In this document: positions 27,246 through 30,743 of the stretch, in pieces | Layout of the letters: the number at the start of each line of letters is the position of its first letter | Position numbering within the stretch: the first letter of the stretch is position 1 | Source of the DNA: an uncultured Pirellulales bacterium | GTDB taxonomy: Bacteria > Planctomycetota > Phycisphaerae > Sedimentisphaerales > Anaerobacaceae | Length of the DNA stretch: 30,743 nucleotides | Assembly: GCA_964539795.1 (NCBI GenBank) | Contig: CAZIKS010000006.1 | Span: forward strand, 9,738 to 40,480 | Reading direction: 5' to 3' | Program-made: the position numbers and the translations under genes | Notes under the pieces: generated by a model | Told to the model about the DNA's origin: nothing | The model's input: the letters and a program-made list of their open reading frames with translations, nothing else | Database searches by the model: none

Positions 27246-28406
27246 TTAGTATCTATAAATATCGATTTCCTTTCCCGGGCGAACATTTCGCCGATGGTAT
27301 CGCATCTTCAGTTCCTTCTTGCCGTGTGCCGGAAGTTTGATTTCAAATTTGAGCGTCTCGGCATCCTTGCGTTCATATTTAATATTACACTTTTTCATGT
27401 CCCACTGGCCTGGTATGTGTTGAATCATCGTGAGAACGGCGGGTTTGTCTTTGAAGTTTTCTAACTTTGCGACGATTTCCTCATCGGTATCGAAAAGAAT
27501 CACCTGGCCTCTGTTGTTTCTTCTTAAGTTGATTTGTTCATCTCTCATTTTCCGCTGGGTAACTACGATGTCCCTGCTGTCACCGATATAGAGTTCGGCC
27601 TTTTCACCGACGGGAATCTGTCCTGTTACATCTTCCCCTAAGAATATAGTACCTTCGTACCCGTCACCCTGGAACAGTCGGGCCTTGCCGCCCCATAGAG
27701 AAAATTCCCCTAAGCCGCTCTTCTTGTTGTTTGTGATTTCATAGCTCACAGGAATACCCACGTTCTGGTTTTCTAATTTCTCAGGGTCCCACGGCAGCTT
27801 CCCCGCATCGAATGTCCAGACCTTGCGAATAGGGACTTTATCGGCTTTTAGAAACAGCATCTGTTTGGTCTCCTCGTGGTCGATTCCCTGCTCGAAGGCC
27901 TCGCCGTAGTCCAAAAGTACCCGTGCCAGGTCAAAATCCTCTCCTGAAAAATTTCTTAGTACCAGGTAACTTTTCAAATCAACTGCAGTTTCGCCCTTGT
28001 CTGCGATGGCTTTATATGTTATCAGCCTGTCGATATTCCGGAGCAGATAACTGATACGGACCGTCTCGGCGTAGTCACTGTCACTGCTGATTTCCCACAC
28101 TAACGCAGCTTCATTGGGAGGATAGCTGACATTCAAAAGTGTCACCTTGTCGGGATGGTCGAGCACCGTCAGACGAATAGAGTCTGCATCGATACTGACG
28201 CCTTTCCATGAAAAATCCACCTTATTAAGGCCTTTCTGCAGCGTCAGCACGCGTTCTTCTTCAATCAGCGTAGCATACGGATTGTCCAGCCGAATCACTG
28301 TCGCTGCCCGCTCAGGCAGAGCTACAAGCTTAATCCTGCCATCTGCAATCCCGCTGCAAACAAACAACAGCAAAATCGCAATTAGTTTTCCTCTTTCAAT
28401 CTTCAT
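27246..28406 (-). CDS. Secreted DUF4139-like protein, a divergent paralog 2
   Basis: A signal peptide is present. The architecture matches in diverged form (LVALPERAATVIRLDNPYATLIEEERVLTLQKGLNKVDFSW; LRNFSGEDFDLARVLL against VTNNSGEDYENAQTRL). It has an ATGA overlap with the upstream gene and a 30-bp gap before the downstream one. Confidence 0.7.
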   Translation of the reverse strand: MKIERGKLIAILLLFVCSGIADGRIKLVALPERAATVIRLDNPYATLIEEERVLTLQKGLNKVDFSWKGVSIDADSIRLTVLDHPDKVTLLNVSYPPNEAALVWEISSDSDYAETVRISYLLRNIDRLITYKAIADKGETAVDLKSYLVLRNFSGEDFDLARVLLDYGEAFEQGIDHEETKQMLFLKADKVPIRKVWTFDAGKLPWDPEKLENQNVGIPVSYEITNNKKSGLGEFSLWGGKARLFQGDGYEGTIFLGEDVTGQIPVGEKAELYIGDSRDIVVTQRKMRDEQINLRRNNRGQVILFDTDEEIVAKLENFKDKPAVLTMIQHIPGQWDMKKCNIKYERKDAETLKFEIKLPAHGKKELKMRYHRRNVRPGKEIDIYRY

Positions 28407-30280
28407 GATTTGGTCTCCTTTGAATGTTGTTTTGTAAATATTTCTTCTCTGGTCCCATGATATGTTCTCACGCTATATTCAAAAGTCTTCTTACTTCGAG
28501 GTTCTATCTCAAGCGTAAAACGAGCGTGGGTGGCATCGTGTTTTTCGTAAGAAACATTCTGGCCCTCATACTCTAAATTCCAATACGCGGTATTAAAACC
28601 TCGGGTGATTTCAAATTTCACTGCAAGCTCGCGGGTATTGGTAACTTCCATTTTCCATCTGCGTAATTCATCCCAGCCGGTGATATTTTCATTAACATCG
28701 AAGACGAAGTTTTCCGTCCCAAAATCCGTCAAAACCGGTTCGACTCCGACCAGCCGGGCAGCGCCGAGATTTAGCTCAACCTCTTCATCGACCGGGATAT
28801 ATTTAATATTCGTTCCGCCTTTGTAAGATAGATGTCCTTTGTCATCCGCCAGTCCATAAATCTTCACATCTCCATCTGGAATCGGTGTATCGCCGAGATT
28901 GTGCTCCTCGTCATTGATGAAACTTAGAAATCTTATTGTCTGCTTACCCCAGCGCTGCTCATCATATTTGTATAAACTTTTGACTTCGATATCATCCACA
29001 TCAAACGAAAGCAACCGTTTGCCCCACTTATCAGGTATGCTTTCAGTGCCCTCAATGGTATAAAGGAAATACTCGCTAAGACCTTCTTTCATTATTTCCT
29101 TAGGCTTATATTTCTCAACAGGTATCCCTAATTTCCCGCTTTCATTCGAAAGTACATCCCCTAAGAAGAATTGTGATTTGGCCTCAGATTTCGAACGTCG
29201 GAGTGCATCTGGTCTGTTGTAGGGGTATTGACGTTTAGCCAATTCCGCTATTTCGTCAAGCTGGTGGACTTTGCCCACTATCAGCCGCGTCTGGGCATTC
29301 TCATAGTCCTCGCCGCTATTATTCGCTACACGGACATAGCCCTGCAGTTTCATTTTTTGCTCATCTGTTGAAAGTGTCCCCATATAAAACGCCCGCCAGC
29401 TAAGACCGCTTGTAAAATAAGTAACTTCAAAAGGCGCCTGCCCTTCGGCCTCTGAGCGAATAAGCCATCTGCCGATATCCTTGAGCCTCGCGGGAAATAC
29501 CAACTGCTGAATATCAATTTTATCTCCATCTTGCAGCGGTTCCAGGCTAAGCGAAGTTGGGTCTATCAGCGTATTCGCCCACATAAACTGAAGCCAGTTC
29601 CACCCCTTTTTCAGCGTCAGGTTCCGCTTCTCCCGTACTAAAGTCAGGTCCGCAGAATTATATATCGTAATCTGCACATTATCCCGCCGCGGCAATGTAA
29701 CCAGTTCGATAGCGCTGGCTGGAGCAAAAGGCGCTTTCTCCGGCACTTCTGCCCCGGTAATCATATCATCTGCGATACCTCTCATCCCTGTCCCGGCTTT
29801 CGGTTTCCCCGCTGCTCTTGCAGCTGCCACCTTCGTCTCAGCCGTAGCTCTTCTGTCAAAATCCATTCTTAAAGTTGCCTTAGACGAATCTTCATGCTCA
29901 AGTTCTTCTGCCGCTGGTCTTAGGCCTTTCGCAATTTGACGGCTTTGTTTTTCGTCTCTTCCAATGTCAGATACCAGCAGCGTCAATCCCATCAGCAAAA
30001 CCGCAGCCGCCGCACCCATCCATGCAGGCTTCCTGAACGCAAATATCGTCGATTTAGTGCCCCTCTTCGCTTGCTCTATAGTGTCGGAAATCAACTTATC
30101 GGAAACTTCTGCCTCTCCACGCAACAAATCCAGCGAAGCGAATTTACGTTTTAGCTGTTCAGCTCGCTGACGACAGTCGGCACAGCCTTTGAGGTGGCTG
30201 AAGATTTCCCCCGCCCGCCTCTCAGAGCCCAGCTCGAACTGATATTCTATAAGTTCTTTTTCTGTCAAGTGACGCTTCAT
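28403..30280 (-). CDS. Anti-sigma factor (zf-HC2 plus TM) fused to a periplasmic DUF4140/DUF4139 (MuiA-like) domain
   Basis: The N-terminus has H-x3-C-x2-C (HLKGCADCRQRAE). A TM helix follows (AWMGAAAAVLLMGLTLLVSDI), then a roughly 430-aa domain highly similar to the ORF at 25864..27216. Its start overlaps the ECF sigma stop by 4 bp (ATGA). Confidence 0.8.
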   Translation of the reverse strand: MKRHLTEKELIEYQFELGSERRAGEIFSHLKGCADCRQRAEQLKRKFASLDLLRGEAEVSDKLISDTIEQAKRGTKSTIFAFRKPAWMGAAAAVLLMGLTLLVSDIGRDEKQSRQIAKGLRPAAEELEHEDSSKATLRMDFDRRATAETKVAAARAAGKPKAGTGMRGIADDMITGAEVPEKAPFAPASAIELVTLPRRDNVQITIYNSADLTLVREKRNLTLKKGWNWLQFMWANTLIDPTSLSLEPLQDGDKIDIQQLVFPARLKDIGRWLIRSEAEGQAPFEVTYFTSGLSWRAFYMGTLSTDEQKMKLQGYVRVANNSGEDYENAQTRLIVGKVHQLDEIAELAKRQYPYNRPDALRRSKSEAKSQFFLGDVLSNESGKLGIPVEKYKPKEIMKEGLSEYFLYTIEGTESIPDKWGKRLLSFDVDDIEVKSLYKYDEQRWGKQTIRFLSFINDEEHNLGDTPIPDGDVKIYGLADDKGHLSYKGGTNIKYIPVDEEVELNLGAARLVGVEPVLTDFGTENFVFDVNENITGWDELRRWKMEVTNTRELAVKFEITRGFNTAYWNLEYEGQNVSYEKHDATHARFTLEIEPRSKKTFEYSVRTYHGTREEIFTKQHSKETKS

Positions 30281-30743
30281 TTCGTTTCTCCGCCGAATTC
30301 AGGCAGTTTCTGCGCCAGTGTCCTCAGTGCCCGATACATTTGCGTTTTTACCGTACCAACAGAACAACCCAGGACAGCCGCCACTTCCGGATAGCTCATC
30401 TGCCGATAGTAAGCCAGAACAAGTGTAGCTCGTTGTCTGGTCGGCAAAAAACCAATTGCCTGTCGTACCTGCTCTGTTCGCTCGGCTTTTAATGCTTCAT
30501 CTAAAGGATTACACGAATTATCTAAAATAGCGACAGCTCCCGGCTCCTCGCAGTCTCTATTGATACAATCGGTTTTTTCCTCTAACGACATTACTTTCAA
30601 CCGCCTGTTTTTGCGCAATCCACTTATTGCAATATTTGTTGCGATTGTTAACAGCCAGGCTTTAAGTCGCGTACCACGAAATGTATGGGCCTTCTCGTGC
30701 ACACGCTTAAAGGTTTCCTGAAAGAAATCCTCAGCCTGTTCTC
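30277..30743 (-). CDS. ECF sigma factor, partial. The N-terminus lies beyond the window edge.
   Basis: The frame stays open to the window end (..EQAEDFFQETFKRVHEKAHTFRGTRLKAWLLTIATNIAISGLRKNRR), which is ECF region 2. Region 4 reads TRQRATLVLAYYRQMSYPEVAAVLGCSVGTVKTQMYRALRTL. Confidence 0.85.
   Translation of the reverse strand, partial: EQAEDFFQETFKRVHEKAHTFRGTRLKAWLLTIATNIAISGLRKNRRLKVMSLEEKTDCINRDCEEPGAVAILDNSCNPLDEALKAERTEQVRQAIGFLPTRQRATLVLAYYRQMSYPEVAAVLGCSVGTVKTQMYRALRTLAQKLPEFGGETK

Noticed and set aside
1-30743. CRISPR array, tRNA/rRNA genes, IS elements or integrases
   Set aside because: No regularly spaced direct repeats were seen. The intergenic repeats are 2-6 kb apart and diverged. 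No tRNA-like T-arm (GTTCGAATC-type) or rRNA signatures were found, and no transposase or recombinase ORFs.

Overview
This 30.7-kb window is gene-dense and chromosomal-looking, with no transposases, CRISPR arrays, tRNAs or rRNAs found by eye. Gene content points to a PVC-superphylum organism (Planctomycetota, Lentisphaerota or Verrucomicrobiota): a DUF1559-like prepilin-type protein, three ECF sigma factors, and a C10 peptidase with a dockerin-like tail. About 21 of 24 genes lie on the minus strand.

Reading left to right:
- ispH, on the minus strand.
- An ECF sigma factor carrying a roughly 440-aa membrane-anchored C-terminal extension, then a prepilin-like protein with no canonical start codon. 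These are the only plus-strand genes.
- A large secreted streptopain-family (C10) cysteine peptidase.
- A rhamnose catabolic operon, transporter-rhaD-rhaB-rhaA, with an NCS1-like permease instead of RhaT.
- A secreted alpha/beta hydrolase, an MscS channel, a Cys-rich small protein and a DUF2207 membrane protein with a poly-Gly tail.
- A co-directional cluster: ECF sigma, zf-HC2 anti-sigma, YbjQ, NfeD, flotillin, ABC ATPase and an orphan roughly 10-TM membrane protein.
- A translationally coupled operon: ECF sigma (partial at the window edge), an anti-sigma fused to a DUF4139/MuiA-like periplasmic domain, then two free-standing DUF4139 paralogs. A gene-fragment relic of a fourth paralog sits just past the terminator.

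The most striking non-coding signal is a family of at least 9 related intergenic elements of roughly 130-200 bp. All are in the same orientation and all lie 5' of minus-strand genes. They share a roughly 38-bp core with nested dyad symmetry (AATCGCAAAAATGACGAACGTTTTGAACTTCCGATTGC).

All family and domain calls were made by eye from the translated sequence. No database searches were run.
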